This document shows positions 24,671-40,589 of a stretch of DNA of 64,000 nucleotides, one piece after another. The notes beneath the pieces were generated by a model. The model saw only the letters and a program-made list of their open reading frames with translations. It had not been told where the DNA came from and ran no database searches. The position numbers and the translations under genes are program-made. The DNA lies in contig OZ024744.1 in assembly GCA_964016885.1 (NCBI GenBank), positions 95,976,001 through 96,040,000 of the forward strand, read 5' to 3'. Within the stretch, counting starts at the first letter, position 1. The number at the start of each line of letters is the position of its first letter. The DNA comes from Eledone cirrhosa (Eukaryota).

Positions 24671-26408
24671 AGAAAAAATTTATGAAGCATTTTGCGTTAT
24701 TTAGTATTATAACTGTCTTAACCTTTTAGCATTTAAACCAGCTACATCCAGCCAGAATTCTTTCACCCATTTCTGTTCAAACCAGCTGTAACTGGCCACT
24801 CATACTGACGTTAACATATTGTTCTCAAAATAAATAACATTAAAATCTCATAGATTCAATATTATGTGAGATATACCACGAAAATATAATAGTATTTATA
24901 GAGAGTAATGTAAATGCTAAAGGGTTAATATATTATGTTAGTGTTATGAGCATAAATCATAATTGAAGATTTTTAGATAAACATAAAGATTTTAAAACAG
25001 ACAATTTTATGTAGGGTTCAGAAGTGGTTTCAAGTGGTTTTGAATCAAAAGGGTTAGGTTGATTGGGTAAGATTTCTAGGAAATGTTGAAGTATTATGGT
25101 ACTTAGTCCTTTTGATACCAAACCACCTAAAACCACACTTGGTTCTAAGATACAAAACTGTTTATTTGAAAGTATTTATATTTATCTAGAAATCTTCCAT
25201 CATAATTTTATGTAAGAACCTTTGTTAAATTATGCCCCAGCTTAATATTGCTAAAACTTTATTATTTTCCAAATTATTTGAAACATAGACAGTGTCTTTC
25301 ATTAGAAATATGTGAAAGAAAAGGTTGAAATATTTATATATATCTAAAAACTTTCCATTATAATTTTTTGTAAAGAACCTTTGTTAACCCTTTAGCATTT
25401 ACATTACTCTATATATACTATTATATTTTTGTGGTAAGGCTTTATCTCCATAATTATCTCACATAATGTTGAATCTACGAGATTTTGATATTATTTATTT
25501 TGAGAACAATACCTTAATGTTGGTATGAGTGACTGTTTACAACCAGTTTGAATAGAAAGAGGTGAGAAAATTCTGGTCGGATACGGCCGTTTTAAATGCT
25601 AAAGGGTTAAGTTATGTTCCAAACACCAACTTAATATTGAGTAAGTTAGTTATATTACTAAAACTTTCCAAATTCTTGATTATTTTCAAAATTATTTGAA
25701 ACACATAGACAGTGTCTTTCATAATCCTTACAGGCTCGATAAAATCAAGTACCAGTAATGTACTGGAGTAATTGCTGGCCTTGTGCCAAAAGTAGAAACA
25801 ATGATAAATGTGTCTCCATGTCTGTGTGGGTGTGTCTGTGTGTGTGTGTGTGTATGCCTGTGTGTGTGTGTGTGTGTGTGTGTATATTACAGATAGGTGT
25901 GTCGGTGTGTGTGTGTATGTGTGCGTATGTGTGTGTGTGTGTGTATGTGTATGTATGTATATACTACATATATGTGTACATGTGTGTTGTTCGGTGTGTG
26001 TGTGTGTGTGTGTGTACAACCAGTTTGAATAGAAAGAGGCGAGAAAATTCTGGCCGGATACGGCCGGTTTAAATGTTAAAGGGTTAAGTTATGTTCCAAA
26101 CACCAACTTAATATTGAGTAAGTTAGTTATATTACTAAAACTTTCCAAATTCTTGATTATTTTCAAAATTATTTGAAACACATAGACAATGTCTTTCATT
26201 AGAAATATGATAGCAAAGGAGTTAAAGTGTTTATATATATCTAAAAACTTTCCATACCAGTAATGCACTGGGTATTTGCTGGCCTTGTGCCTAAAGTAGA
26301 AACAATTATAATTTTTTTATAAGAACCTTTGTTAACTTATATTCCAAACACCAACTTAATAATGAGAAAGTTTAGTTGTATTACTAAATCTCTCTGAATT
26401 CTTGATTA

Positions 26409-26763
26409 CCATATTTCCCGGCGTCGAAGATGCTACTATTCCCCTAAAACAAGTCTCAAAAATCTACCCTGCATCCTGGAGGCCAAAGGTTGTATATTAT
26501 TTTTGGTGGATTGGCAGTATCGGTAGAGAGTCGGACGCCATGCTTTGCATCAAAGAGTTACGTCCCTTTACGGTCTGAGTTCAAATCCCGCTGAGGTTAA
26601 CTTTGCCTTTCATCCTTACGGGGGGGGGGGGGGGTCGATAAAATAAAGTACCAGTAATGTACTGGGTAATTGCTGGCCTTGTGCCAAAAGTAGAAACAAT
26701 TATTTTTTTCAAATTTAGGGTGTGTCCTCGAGGAGGAAGCATCTTCGGCGCCGGGAAATACGG
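26409..26763. mobile_element. TA-flanked MITE (Tc1/mariner-pogo type) with nested SINE A (about 26506-26702)
   Basis: TIRs CC(A/G)TATTTCCCGGCG(T/C)CGAAGATGCT; TA on both sides; SINE flanked by ATTATTTT. Confidence 0.75.
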
Positions 26764-27127
26764 TACTTTGAAAATTATTTGAAAATGATAGGCAGTGTCT
26801 TTCATGAAATAGAAAAAGAAAAGAAATATGTTAATGAAAGGGTTAATAAAAGCATATTTATATTGGTACGTTGCATATAGAAGAATCTTTCATTGAATAC
26901 ATTGTATATGTAATTGTAGAGAATAACAAAAACATATTCTTACAATTCTACTGGAATACTTCTTGTACAGATAAAAAAAAACAAAAAAAAACAAGAAAGA
27001 AAGAAAACAAAGCAAAAACAAAAACAAGGAGGAAAGAAAAAAGAAAACAAGAACAATGGAACCCCTCCCCGCAAAAACAAACAAAAAATAACAAAAAGCA
27101 AAAACAAAACAAACAACAACAACAACA

Positions 27128-27840
27128 AATAATTGTTTCTACTTTAGGCACAAGGCCAGCAATTATCCAGTGCATTACTGGTACTTTTATTTTATCGACC
27201 CCGTAAGGATGAAAGGCAAAGTTAACCTCGGCGGGATTTGAACTCAGAATGGCAAGGGCCGTAACTCTATGTATCAAAGCATGGCGTCCAACCCTCTACC
27301 GATAATGGTTTCTACTATAGGCACAAGGCCATCAATTTTTGGGGAGGGGAAAGTCGATTAAATCGACCCCAGTACATTACTGGTACTTTATTTTATCGAC
27401 TCCGTAAGGATGAAAGGCAAAGTTAACCTTGGTGGGATTTGAACTCAGGTCATAAAGGGCCGTAACTCTATAATAATAATAATAATAATTGTTTCTACTT
27501 TTGGCACAAGGCCAGCAATTACTCCAGTGCATTACTGGTACTTTATTTTATCAACCCCGTAAGGATTAAAGGCAAAGTTAACCTCGGTGGGATTTGAACT
27601 CGGATATTAAAGGGCCGTAACTCTATGCAACAAACAATAATGATTTCTAGTATAGGCACAAGGCCAGTAATTTTTTTTGGGGGGGAAAGTTGATTAAATA
27701 GACCCCAGTGTATTACTGGTACTTTATTTTATCGACCTCGTAAGGATAAAAGGCAAATTTAACCTCGGCGGGATTTGAACTCAGATCATAAAGGGCCGTA
27801 ACTCTATGCTGCGAAGCATGGCGTCCGAGCCTCTACCAAC
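27128..27840 (-). mobile_element. cluster of four tandem/nested SINE A copies
   Basis: TTGTTTCTAC...GGCACAAGGCC...GATTTGAACTC recurs at about 27130, 27305, 27487 and 27640. Confidence 0.85.
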
Positions 27841-28034
27841 AATAAATAATAATAAAAAAATTCTTTTAATGAAATACATTGCTGTTGGTGCTGCTGATGA
27901 TGTTTAATCATTCTAGGATGTACACTTGGTCTATAGGCACCAGTGGCGCCACTCGTGGCAGTGTTGCTATTGGTTCTGCCACTGGTGGCTCTGCCATTCG
28001 TGGCTCTGCCGCTTCAAATGGCATGGCTCCCATC

Positions 28035-28633
28035 ATTGCCACCACTACCACTGTCACCACTCCTCCCAGTGCCACTACCACTACCACCACCACCACCACC
28101 ACCACTACCATTACCCCTGTCACCACTCCTCCCACTGCTGCTGCCACTACCACTGCCACTACCACTACCACCACCACCACCACCACCACCCCTCGCCACC
28201 ACTACCACTACCACTGTCACCACTCCTCCCACTGCCACTACCACTACCACTGCCACCACACTCTCCCACCACTCCCACTATCACCACTCCTCCCACAGCC
28301 ACCACAATCTCCCACCACTCCCACTATCACCACTCCTCCCACTACCACTGCCACCACTACCGCTGTCACCACTCCTCCCACTACTACCACTATAACCACT
28401 CCCCCCACTACCACTATAACCACTCCCCCCCACTACCACTGCCATCACAATCTCCCACCACTACCACTGTCACCACTCCTCCCACCACTACCACTATCAC
28501 CACTCCTCCCACTACCACTACTCCTGCCACCACAATCTCCTCCCACCACCACCACCACCACCACTATTACCACTGTTGCTGCTGTTACTCTTGTTGTAAG
28601 TGTTGTTGTTGTTATTGTTGTTGCTGTTATTGT

Positions 28634-28666
<33 letters not shown>

Positions 28667-29135
28667 AACTGTTGTTGTTGTTGTTGTAACTGTTGTTGTG
28701 ACTGTTGTTGTTGTTGTTGTAACTGTTGTTGTTACTGTTATAAGTGCTGTTGTTGTTATTGTTGTTGTAACTGTTGCTGCTGTTGTTGTTGTAACTGTTC
28801 TTGTTGCTGTTGTTACTGTTATAAGTGTTGTTGTTGTTATTGTTGTAGCTGTTGTTGTTGCTGTTGTTGTAACTGTTGTTGCTGTTGTTGCTGTTGTTGT
28901 TACTGTTGTTGTAACTGTTGTTGGTGTTGTTGTTGCTGTTGTTACTGTTATAAGTGTTGTTGTTGTTATTGTTGTTGTAGCTGTTGTTGTTACTGTTGTT
29001 GTAACTGTTGTTGGTGGTGTTGTTGTTGTTGTTACTGTTATAAGTGTTGTTGTTATTGTTGTTGTAGCTGTTGTTGTTACTGTTGTTGTGTTGTTGTTGT
29101 TGTTGTTGTTGCTACTGTTATTGTTGCTGTTGTTG

Positions 29136-29187
<52 letters not shown>

Positions 29188-29289
29188 ATTGTTACTGTTG
29201 TTGTTGTTGTTGCTACTGTTGTTATTGTTCTCTTTGCTGAGACCATCCTTTGAAAATGCTTTCCAGAACTTGCAAATATTTCTGTCTTA

Positions 29290-29358
<69 letters not shown>

Positions 29359-29410
29359 GTGTATATATATGTATATATGTATATATATAATGTGTATATA
29401 TATGTATATA

Positions 29411-29470
<60 letters not shown>

Positions 29471-29482
29471 GTGTATATATAT

Positions 29483-29513
<31 letters not shown>

Positions 29514-32500
29514 CATATATATACACATTATATATATATATATATACTTCCACTTATGTGTCACTGTGTGTTTGGGTGGGTGTGCATATGTGTGTGTGTG
29601 TATGTATAACTGTGTGACAGTGTGTGTGAGTGTTAATGTGTACAAGTGTGTTTGTGTGTGTGAGTGTGTGTATGTATATACATGTGTATGTGTGTGCATG
29701 TGTATGTATGTGCAAGTGTGGGTGTGTGTTAATGTCCACATGTGTGTGTGTGTGTTAATGTCCACATGTGTGTTTGTGGTGTGTGTGTTTGTGTGTGTGA
29801 GTGGGTGCATGTGCAAGTATGTGTGTTTGTATTTGTGTGTGTGTGTGTGCAAGTGTGTGTGAGTGTTAACGTGCGAGTGTGTGTGTGTGTGTGGGAAGGT
29901 GGTTGATATAACATTTGCAGATAGAATCTGTGTATATTTATTTATGCACACACATATACATACACACATATATACATACACACACATATACATACACACA
30001 CATATACATACACACACATATACATACACACACATATATACATACACACACATATATACATACACACACATATACATACACACACATATATACATACACA
30101 CACATATATACATACACATATATACATACACACATATACATACACACACACATATACATACACACACATATACATACACACATATATACATACACACACA
30201 TATACATACACACACATATACATACACACACATATACACACACACACACATATACATACACACACATATACATAACACACACCTATACATACACACATAC
30301 ATATGCAGACACAGACATATACATACACACACATATATACATACACACACACATATACATACACACACATATACATACACATACATATACATACACACAT
30401 ATATACATACACACCCACATATACATACACACACATATACATACACACACATATACATACACACATATACATACATACACACATATATACACACACATAT
30501 ACATACACACATATACATACACACATAATATACATACACACATATACATACACACACATATACATACACACACATATACATACAAACACATATACATACA
30601 CATACATATACATACACACACATATACATACACACACATATATACATACACACACATATACATACACACCCATATACATACACACACACATATACATACA
30701 CACATATACATACACACACATATACATACACACACATATATACATACACACACATATATACATACACACATATATACATACACACACATATACATACACA
30801 CACATATACATACACACACATATACATACACACATATACACATACACACATATACATACACACACATATACATACACATACATACATACACACACATACA
30901 TACACACACACATATACATACACACACATATACATGGACACACATATATACATACACACACATATATACATGCACACACATATATACATACACACACATA
31001 TACATACACACACATATATACATACACACACACATATACATACACTCACATATATACATACACACATATACATACACACACATATACATACACACACACA
31101 TATACATACACACATATACATACATACACACATATATACACACACATATACATACACACACATATACATACACACACATATATACATACACACACATATA
31201 TACACACACATATACATACACACACATATACATACACTTACATATACATACACACACACATACATACACACACATATACATACACACACATATGCATACA
31301 CACATATACATATACACACATATACACATACACACACATATACATACACACACATATACATACACACACATATACATACACACACATATATACATACACA
31401 CACATATACATACACACACATATACATACACACACATATACATACACATACATATACATACACACACACATACATATACACACACATATACATACACACA
31501 CATATACATACACACACATACATACACACACATATACATACACACATATACACATACACACATATATACATACACAGACATATACATACACACACATATA
31601 CATACACACACATATATACATACACACACATATATACATACACACATATATACATACACACATATATACATACACACACATATACATACACACACATATA
31701 CATACACACACATAAACATACACACATATACACATACACACATATAAATACATACACATATACATACACATACATACATACACACACATACATACACACA
31801 CACATATACATACACACACATATACATGGACACACATATATACATACACACACATATATATACATGCACACACACATATATACATACACACACATATACA
31901 TACACACACATATATACATACACACACACATACATACACTCACATATATACATACACACATATACATACACACACATATACATACACACACATATACATA
32001 CACACATATACATACATACACACATATATACACACACACATATATACACACACATATACATACACACACATATACATACACACACATATGCATACACACA
32101 TATACATATACACACACATACACATACACACACATATACATACACACACATATACATACACACATATATACATACACACACATATACATACACACACATA
32201 TACATACACACATATATACATGCACACATATACACACACACAGACATATATACACACATATACATACACACACATATACATACACACACATACACACACA
32301 CATATATATATATATACACACACATATACATACACAGACACATACACAGACATATACATACACATATACATACACACACATATACATGGACACACATATA
32401 CATACACACACATATACATACACACACCTACACATACACAGACATATACATAACACACACATATACATACACACACACATATACATATATACACATTTAC

Positions 32501-33801
32501 ATACACACACATATACATACACACACACATATACACACACAGACATATACACACATATATATATATATATATACATACACACACATATACATACACACAC
32601 ATACATACACACACATATACATACACACATATACACATACACACACATATATACATACACAGACATATACATACACACACATATACATACACACACATAT
32701 ACATATACACACACATATACATACACACATATACATACACACACATATACATACACACACACATATACACACACATATACATACACATATACATACACAC
32801 ACACTCATACATACACACATATACATACACACATATACACACACACACACATATACATAACAAACACATATATGCATACACACACACATATGCAGACACA
32901 CACATATACATACACACACATGCATACACACACATATACATAACACACACATATATGCAGACACACACATAAATACATACACACACATATATACATACAC
33001 ACACATATACATACATACACACATATATACATACACACACATATACATACACATATACATAGACACACATATACATACACACACATATACATACACATAT
33101 ACATAGACACACATATACATACACACATATGCATACACACACATATACATACACACACATATATACATAACACACACATATATACATACACACACATATA
33201 TACATACACACACATATACATACACATATACATACACACACACATGCATACACACACATATGCATCACACACACACACACATATGTATATTACTCCCCCC
33301 TCTCTCTCTCTCTACCTCTCTATTTCTCTCTCTCACAGCCACTTTACGTCACACTGTATCTCTCTTTCTCTCTCGCACACACTCTCTCTCTGTCTCACTC
33401 ACTCCTTCCCCATTTCCTCTTTCTCTCTCCCTCACTCACTATATATCTTTCACACTCTCTAATTCTCTCTCTCACTGCCCCTGTCTCTCCTGTATCTCTT
33501 CTATTCTGTTCTTGTCCCCAATGTCGCCTCCTCCTCCACCTCTACCTCCTCCTCCTCATCATCACCACCATCACCATCACCATCATCATCACCATCACCA
33601 TCATCATCATCATCATCATCAACATCACCTTCCGCCCCTCTCTTCCATCTCTCCTACCCCCTCCCCTTCCGCTCTATCCCCCTCACCCCTCATCATCATC
33701 ATCATCATTATCATCATAATCATCATCTTCATCAACATCACCTTCCGCCCCTCTCTTCTTTCTCTCCTCCCCCCTCCCCTTCCGCTCTACCTCCTCCCCC
33801 C

Positions 33802-33832
<31 letters not shown>

Positions 33833-34170
33833 AATCATCATCATCATCAACATCACCTTCCGCCCCTCTCTTCCTTCTCTCCTACACCCCTCCCCTTCCG
33901 CTCTACCTCCCCCCTCACCATCATCATCATCATCATCATCTTCATCCCCATTCTTCTTCTTCTTCTTCTTCTTCTTCTTCTTCTTCTTCTTCTTCTTCTT
34001 CTTCTTCTTCTTCTTCTTCGTCTTCTTCTTCTTCTTCTTCTTCTTCTTATTCGTCTTCTTCTTATTCGTCTTCTTCTTCTTCTTCTTCTTCTTCTTCTTC
34101 TTCTTCTTCTTCTTCTTCTTCTTCTTCTTCTTCTTCTTCATCCCCATTCTTCGTCTTCTTCATCCCCATT
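28035..34170. repeat. compound microsatellite block: (CCA)n, (GTT)n, (TA)n, (TG)n, 3.3-kb (CATA/CA)n, (CT)n, (CAT)n, (CTT)n
   Basis: Read directly from the sequence. It is the source of the long low-complexity ORFs in the track. Confidence 0.97.
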
Positions 34171-34427
34171 CTTCTTCTTCCTCCATCCACCTCTTACAAC
34201 CAAATTGTTCCATTCACTATATCTGACGTTATAGTTAATATTTTCTATTGTTATCAAACACAGTTTACCATTATGTCTTAGATAAACTACTTATCTTCCA
34301 CTTTCCTCTCCCGCAACCCCTGCCGCTCTCACCCTGCCGCACCCACCCTTTCTTTCCACCTCACCCATACACACAGTGTTCACATTGAAAGTAAAGCAAA
34401 CATGCATTAGTTTAGACACACACACAC

Positions 34428-34506
<79 letters not shown>

Positions 34507-34524
34507 TGTATATACATATATATA

Positions 34525-35360
34525 TCATCATCATCATCATCATCATCTTCGTTTAACGTCCACTTTCCACGCTAGCATGGGTTAGACGGGAGTTGTCCCA
34601 ATTTGAGTCAAGGTTGGTCGGGTGACCGTGTCTCGCTCATATAGGACTATCTGGCAGGTTTTCTATGGCTGGATGCCCTTCCTAACACCAACCACATTTA
34701 CAGTGTGGAACTGGGAACTTTTTACCGTGTTACCTACACGACCACATTACAGCGTGGACTGTGTGTGTTTTTCTCGTGACACCTACACGATCTCGATATC
34801 TCATTTATTTGAACTGGGTGTTGTGGTACCAACTTTACAGAGAGAGGGTGGTGTTGGTGGGAGTGGGAGGATAGAGTAGGGGTAGTGGATTGGGGTGTAT
34901 ATTTGGTTAAGAGGTGCCTACTGACTGTAGCTTTCACATTGTACATAGGCAAGGCGGGTCTTCAGTATTACTGCATAGCGCCTAAGATCTCGGTCCAGTG
35001 ACATTGTCTTGGAGAGGTGTAAGTGTGTAAGGTCGGAATTTATCAGATCGTCCCAGGTTTTTCTGGGTCTACCTACTCCATAACTACAATCTATTTTGAT
35101 CACCCTGCACTTTTTTATACAGATGTCGTCTTTCATGCGCATCACGTGACCATACCAACGTAGTCTTCTCTCGAGTAAACAGCATCTGGTCCCTCTTATT
35201 CCTAATTTCTCACTTAGTTCATTTATGCTTTACCGTTCACGTATGTTACTATTACACATCCAACGGAGCATGCATGCTTCGTTCCTTTCCAGTCTGCGCA
35301 GGTCCTCTGCACGCAATGCCCATGTCTCACTGCCATGTAGCATTGCTGTTCGTATACACG
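34525..35360 (-). mobile_element. RTE 3' fragment with extended 3' UTR
   Basis: ACIRTAMLHGSETWALRAEDLRRLERNE...RRLRWYGHVMRM...GRPRKTWDDL; (GAT)n tail. Confidence 0.88.
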
Positions 35361-35434
35361 CATGTGTGTGTGCATCCATGCTAGCATGGAAAATAGATGT
35401 TAAATGATGACAATGATATATATATATATATATA

Positions 35435-35526
<92 letters not shown>

Positions 35527-35672
35527 GTCTACATATATATATATATGTGTATGTATGTGCATACATATATACATATATATATATATATGATATATATATA
35601 TATATCATATATATATATATGTATGCACACATATGTATGTATATATACACACATATATGTATATATAGACAT

Positions 35673-35707
<35 letters not shown>

Positions 35708-35761
35708 ATACCCGCACACATATGTATGTATATATACACACATATATGTGTATATAGACAT

Positions 35762-35849
<88 letters not shown>

Positions 35850-35896
35850 CGCACACATATGTATGTATATATACACACATATATGTATATATAGAC

Positions 35897-35957
<61 letters not shown>

Positions 35958-36318
35958 TGTATTGTGAGTGGATGGCGTCTGTGTTAGGTGTGCACATCTT
36001 CATGCATGCACATTTTCCTGTATCTCATTCTGTTTAAGTTGCAACCCACTTCATATAAATTAGTGTTTTCTTCTCTCGATACTCACGTAAAATATTATTC
36101 AATGAAGAAGAATAAGAGCTGCTCTTATCTTTTCTTTTAGTTGCTAGTTCCTGTCATCTGTTTGAGTGTTGTCAAACCTTTTTCATCTTAGGTTGTAATT
36201 AATCCCTTTAATAAATCTCACAACTCTTATATATTGGATAACAAATAGCGTTCACATATATTTACAACAATATACAAGCAATTGAAGAACAACAAGAATG
36301 GATGTAGTATTTTCTCTC

Positions 36319-36371
<53 letters not shown>

Positions 36372-36852
36372 CTCTCACTATCTCTCTCTGAGTATTAAGT
36401 AGATCATTGAAAAGAATGTTCTCTTCTTCATCCCATCCCTTTTCCTTCCTTTCTCCCACACTCTCGTCCTCCCTCTCTTTCATCTGGACACAATAGAATG
36501 TATTTCATTGTGGAAAGTTTTCTCACACACACCTTATAAATTCTACTCAATCTATGTAGTGTTGAAATGATTCATATACAATAATGGTGGTAAACATTAC
36601 ATTCTGATATTTTAATGTATAGCAAATACATTAAAAGTTCTGTTCTGGGACATGTCATGTCTTACCAACAAACTTTAATTTTTTTTTTTTTCTAGGATGG
36701 ACATAATAATGATAGTGACTTTTACAACTGTGCTGAAAATATAATCTAATTTGAATGTAATGCAAGCTGTGTGAGCAAGTATTTAAATGGGTGATGGAAG
36801 ATGCTTGTAGTAACAATAAACTAAGTAATCAAAAGGTAACAGGGGAAAACAC

Positions 36853-38662
36853 AACTAAAACAATTACATTATGGGAGTCATTTTAGCTACAGTTGTACAT
36901 GTCTGGCAAGTGACTTGGTCTGAGACTGTGTTGAAACTAAAACAATTACATCATCGAAGAGTCATTTTAGCTACAGTTGTACATATCTGGAGAGTGACTT
37001 GATCTGATACTGTTTAAACTAAAACAATTATATCATGGAAGACATTTTAGCCACAGTTGTACATGTCTGGCAAGTGACTTGATCAGATCAAGTCTCTTGC
37101 CAGACATGTACAACTGTAGCTAAAATGACTCTTCCATGATGTAATTGTTTTAGTTTCAACACAGTCTCAGATCAAGTCACTCACCAGACATGTACAACTG
37201 TAGCTAAAATGACTCTTCCATGATGTAATTGTTTTAGTTTCAACACAGTCTCAGATCAAGTCTCTTGCCAGACATGTACAACTGTAGCTAAAATGACTCT
37301 TCCATGATGTAATTGTTTTAGTTTCAACACAGTCTCAGATCAAGTCACTCACCAGACATGTACAACTGTAGCTAAAATGACTCTTCCATGATGTAATTGT
37401 TTTAGTTTCAACACAGTCTCAGATCAAGTCTCTTGCCAGACATGTACAACTGTAGCTAAAATGACTCTTCCATGATGTAATTGTTTTAGTTTCAACACAG
37501 TCTCAGATCAAGTCACTCACCAGACATGTACAACTGTAGCTAAAATGACTCTTCCATGATGTAATTGTTTTAGTTTGAACGCAGTCTCAGATCAAGTCAC
37601 TTGCCAGACATGTACAACTGTAGCTAAAATGACTTCCATGATGTAATTGTTTTAGTTACAACACAGTCTCAGATCAAGTCACTCACCAGACATGTACAAC
37701 TGTAGCTAAAATGACTCTTCCATGATGTAATTGTTTTAGTTTCAACATAGTCTCAGATCAAGTCACTTGCCAGACATGTACAACTGTGGCTAAAATGACT
37801 TCCATGATGTAATTGTTTTAGTTTCAACACAATCTCAGATCAAGTCACTTGCCAGACATGTACAACTGTGGCTAAAATAACTCTTCCATGATGTAATTGT
37901 TTTAGTTTGAACGCAGTCTCAGATCAAGTCACTTGCCAGACATGTACAACTGTAGCTAAAATAACTCTTCCATGATGTAATTGTTTTAGTTTCAACATAG
38001 TCTCAGATCAAGTCACTTGCCAGACATGTACAACTGTAGCTAAAATAACTCTTCCATGATGTAATTGTTTTAGTTTGAACGCAGTCTCAGATCAAGTCAC
38101 TTGCCAGACATGTACAACTGTAGCTAAAATGACTTCCATGATGTAATTGTTTTAGTTACAACACAGTCTCAGATCAAGTCACTCACCAGACATGTACAAC
38201 TGTAGCTAAAATGACTCTTCCATGATGTAATTGTTTTAGTTTCAACATAGTCTCAGATCAAGTCACTTGCCAGACATGTACAACTGTGGCTAAAATGACT
38301 TCCATGATGTAATTGTTTTAGTTTCAACACAATCTCAGATCAAGTCACTTGCCAGACATGTACAACTGTGGCTAAAATAACTCTTCCATGATGTAATTGT
38401 TTTAGTTTGAACGCAGTCTCAGATCAAGTCACTTGCCAGACATGTACAACTGTAGCTAAAATAACTCTTCCATGATGTAATTGTTTTAGTTTCAACATAG
38501 TCTCAGATCAAGTCACTTGCCAGACATGTACAACTGTAGCTAAAATAACTCTTCCATGATGTAATTGTTTTAGTTTGAACGCAGTCTCAGATCAAGTCAC
38601 TTGCCAGACATGTACAACTGTGGCTAAAATTACTCTTCCATGATGTAATTATTTTAGTTTCA
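36853..38662. repeat. 84-bp satellite: about 19 copies (37085-38662) plus about 2.7 inverted copies (36853-37084)
   Basis: Unit AGATCAAGTCACTTGCCAGACATGTACAACTGTAGCTAAAATGACTCTTCCATGATGTAATTGTTTTAGTTTCAACACAGTCTC. Confidence 0.96.
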
Positions 38663-39095
38663 ACAAACGGCATTCTTCTTTTAATACAAGTCTGTATCAT
38701 ATCAATAGCCTTTATTACATTAAAAATATATGGTAATAAATGTATTACATCTGGTATGCACCACTTTCCATTCCTCACCCCTCCCTCTTCTATACACCTC
38801 CCATATCCTAACATCCCGCTCTTTGCCAGATAAGTGCCTAACCCTATTTCTACTTTCCCAGTTCTCTTGCTACATGCATACACATTTCCTGCCTCAGCCC
38901 CCAGTTCATATGGTGAATGTAGTTGTCATTAGGAAGGGCATCAGGCCATAGAGTCCAAGCCAGAAACAGTTCTGTATGAACAAGACATAGTCACCTGACC
39001 TGACTTGCTCTCACAATGGGACAACTCGTCTAACCCATGCTAGCATGGAAAAATGGACATTAAATGGTGTTGATGATGATGATAATATAAGTTAT

Positions 39096-39709
39096 TTAAC
39101 CCTTTAGCATTTAAACCAGCCATATCCGGCCAGAATTCTCTCACCTCCTTCTGTTTAAACCAGCTATAACTGGTCACTCATACTAATGTGAAGGTATTGT
39201 TCTCAAAATAAATAATTGTTTCTACTTTTGGCACAAGGCCAGCAATTACCCAGTAGATTACTGGTACTTTATTTTATCGACCCCGTAAGGATGAAAGGCA
39301 AAGTTAACCTTGGCGGGATTTGAACTCAGAATGGAAAGGGCCGTAACTCTATGCATCAAAGCATGGCGTCCGACCCTCTACCGATACTACCAATAAATAA
39401 TATCAGAATCTCATAGATTCGATATTATGTGCGGTAAAGCCTTTACCATGAAAATACAATGGTGTATATAGAATAATGTAACTTCTAAAAGGTTAAACTG
39501 GCTGTATCTGGCCAGAATTCTCTTACCTCTTTCTATTCAAACCGGCTGTAACTGGCCACTCATACTTATGTTAAGGTATTGTTCTGGAAATAAATAATAT
39601 AAAAATCTCATAGATTCGATATTATGTGAGATATCATGTAAGGTACAGCCTTTACCATGAAAGTACAATAGTATATATAGTATATATAATGTAAATGCTA
39701 AAGGGTTAA
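39096..39709. mobile_element. tandem piggyBac-like MITEs with nested SINE A (about 39211-39394)
   Basis: TTAACCCTTTAGCATTT...AAATGCTAAAGGGTTAA. Confidence 0.75.
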
Positions 39710-39745
39710 AATATTTCTATGTTGATTTCTTTTGATCTTTTCAAG

Positions 39746-39947
39746 GTATATCTATGTTCCTGCTGGTGGTTCACGTAATGGTATAATGAAACAACTCACT
39801 GCATCAGCTGTGAGTTTCTGCTATATATTCTACTGGCATGGGATGAGGCTGCACGTCTTTATTTGGACCCTGTTAAACTTTATTGTCGTTGGTTTGGAGT
39901 CACTGTCTCGCAGAGTTCTTTACATTCCATTTATTGCAGAAGTCTGG
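39746..39947 (+). CDS. HHAT: HHAT-like exon containing the catalytic His (FYWHG)
   Basis: YIYVPAGGSRNGIMKQLTASAVSFCYIFYWHGMRLHVFIWTLLNFIVVGLE...; AAG acceptor, GTAAGT donor. MBOAT signature YxPxGG...WHG. Confidence 0.93.
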
Positions 39948-40589
39948 GTAAGTGCCAAGTGCCAAGTGCCAAGATGATATTTGATTTCAATTGAATATCG
40001 CACTTTAATTTTTTTTAATCTTTCCTCCTCCTCCTCCGCCTTATCATCACCATCCTTCTCTCCCCTCCCCACTCCTCATCCCCATCTCCATCCCTTCTCC
40101 TTTTTTTCTTCTTCTTCTTCTTCCCCCTCCCCCTCCTTGTAACTTAATATAAGATCTTTACATAAAATTATGATAGAAGTACTTTTTAGATAAATATACA
40201 AAAAACTTTAAAACTAACAACTTTGTAACATAGAATCAGGGGGTTTGGATTCAAAAGGGTTACATTTTTATTACGTGGACCCATAAATTGACCGAGTCTG
40301 AGTAATTAACCATAAAAGGGTTTTAGAAATGAATGTGTTACTTTACTGAAATTCTTGGTTCTTAGGTGTCTTTATAAAGTATTTTTCTCAGGATGATGTA
40401 TTACCTAAGATGCTGACTGAAGAAGTCATGTTAGTGATTGCATGATGACGATATTACATAATTAATGTTACTACAGAAATATGTATTGCAGTGGATTATG
40501 TAATATAATGAATTATGGAAATCTATCCTTCATATGATCTGGTCTAATAATGAAACCTATGACCTTATGTATGTGAGTTCATGACACTA

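Noticed and set aside
27879-36037. Very long ORFs (up to 1228 aa) of Cys/Val/Tyr/His/Thr
   Set aside because: Translations of di-, tri- and tetranucleotide microsatellites, open in several frames on both strands.
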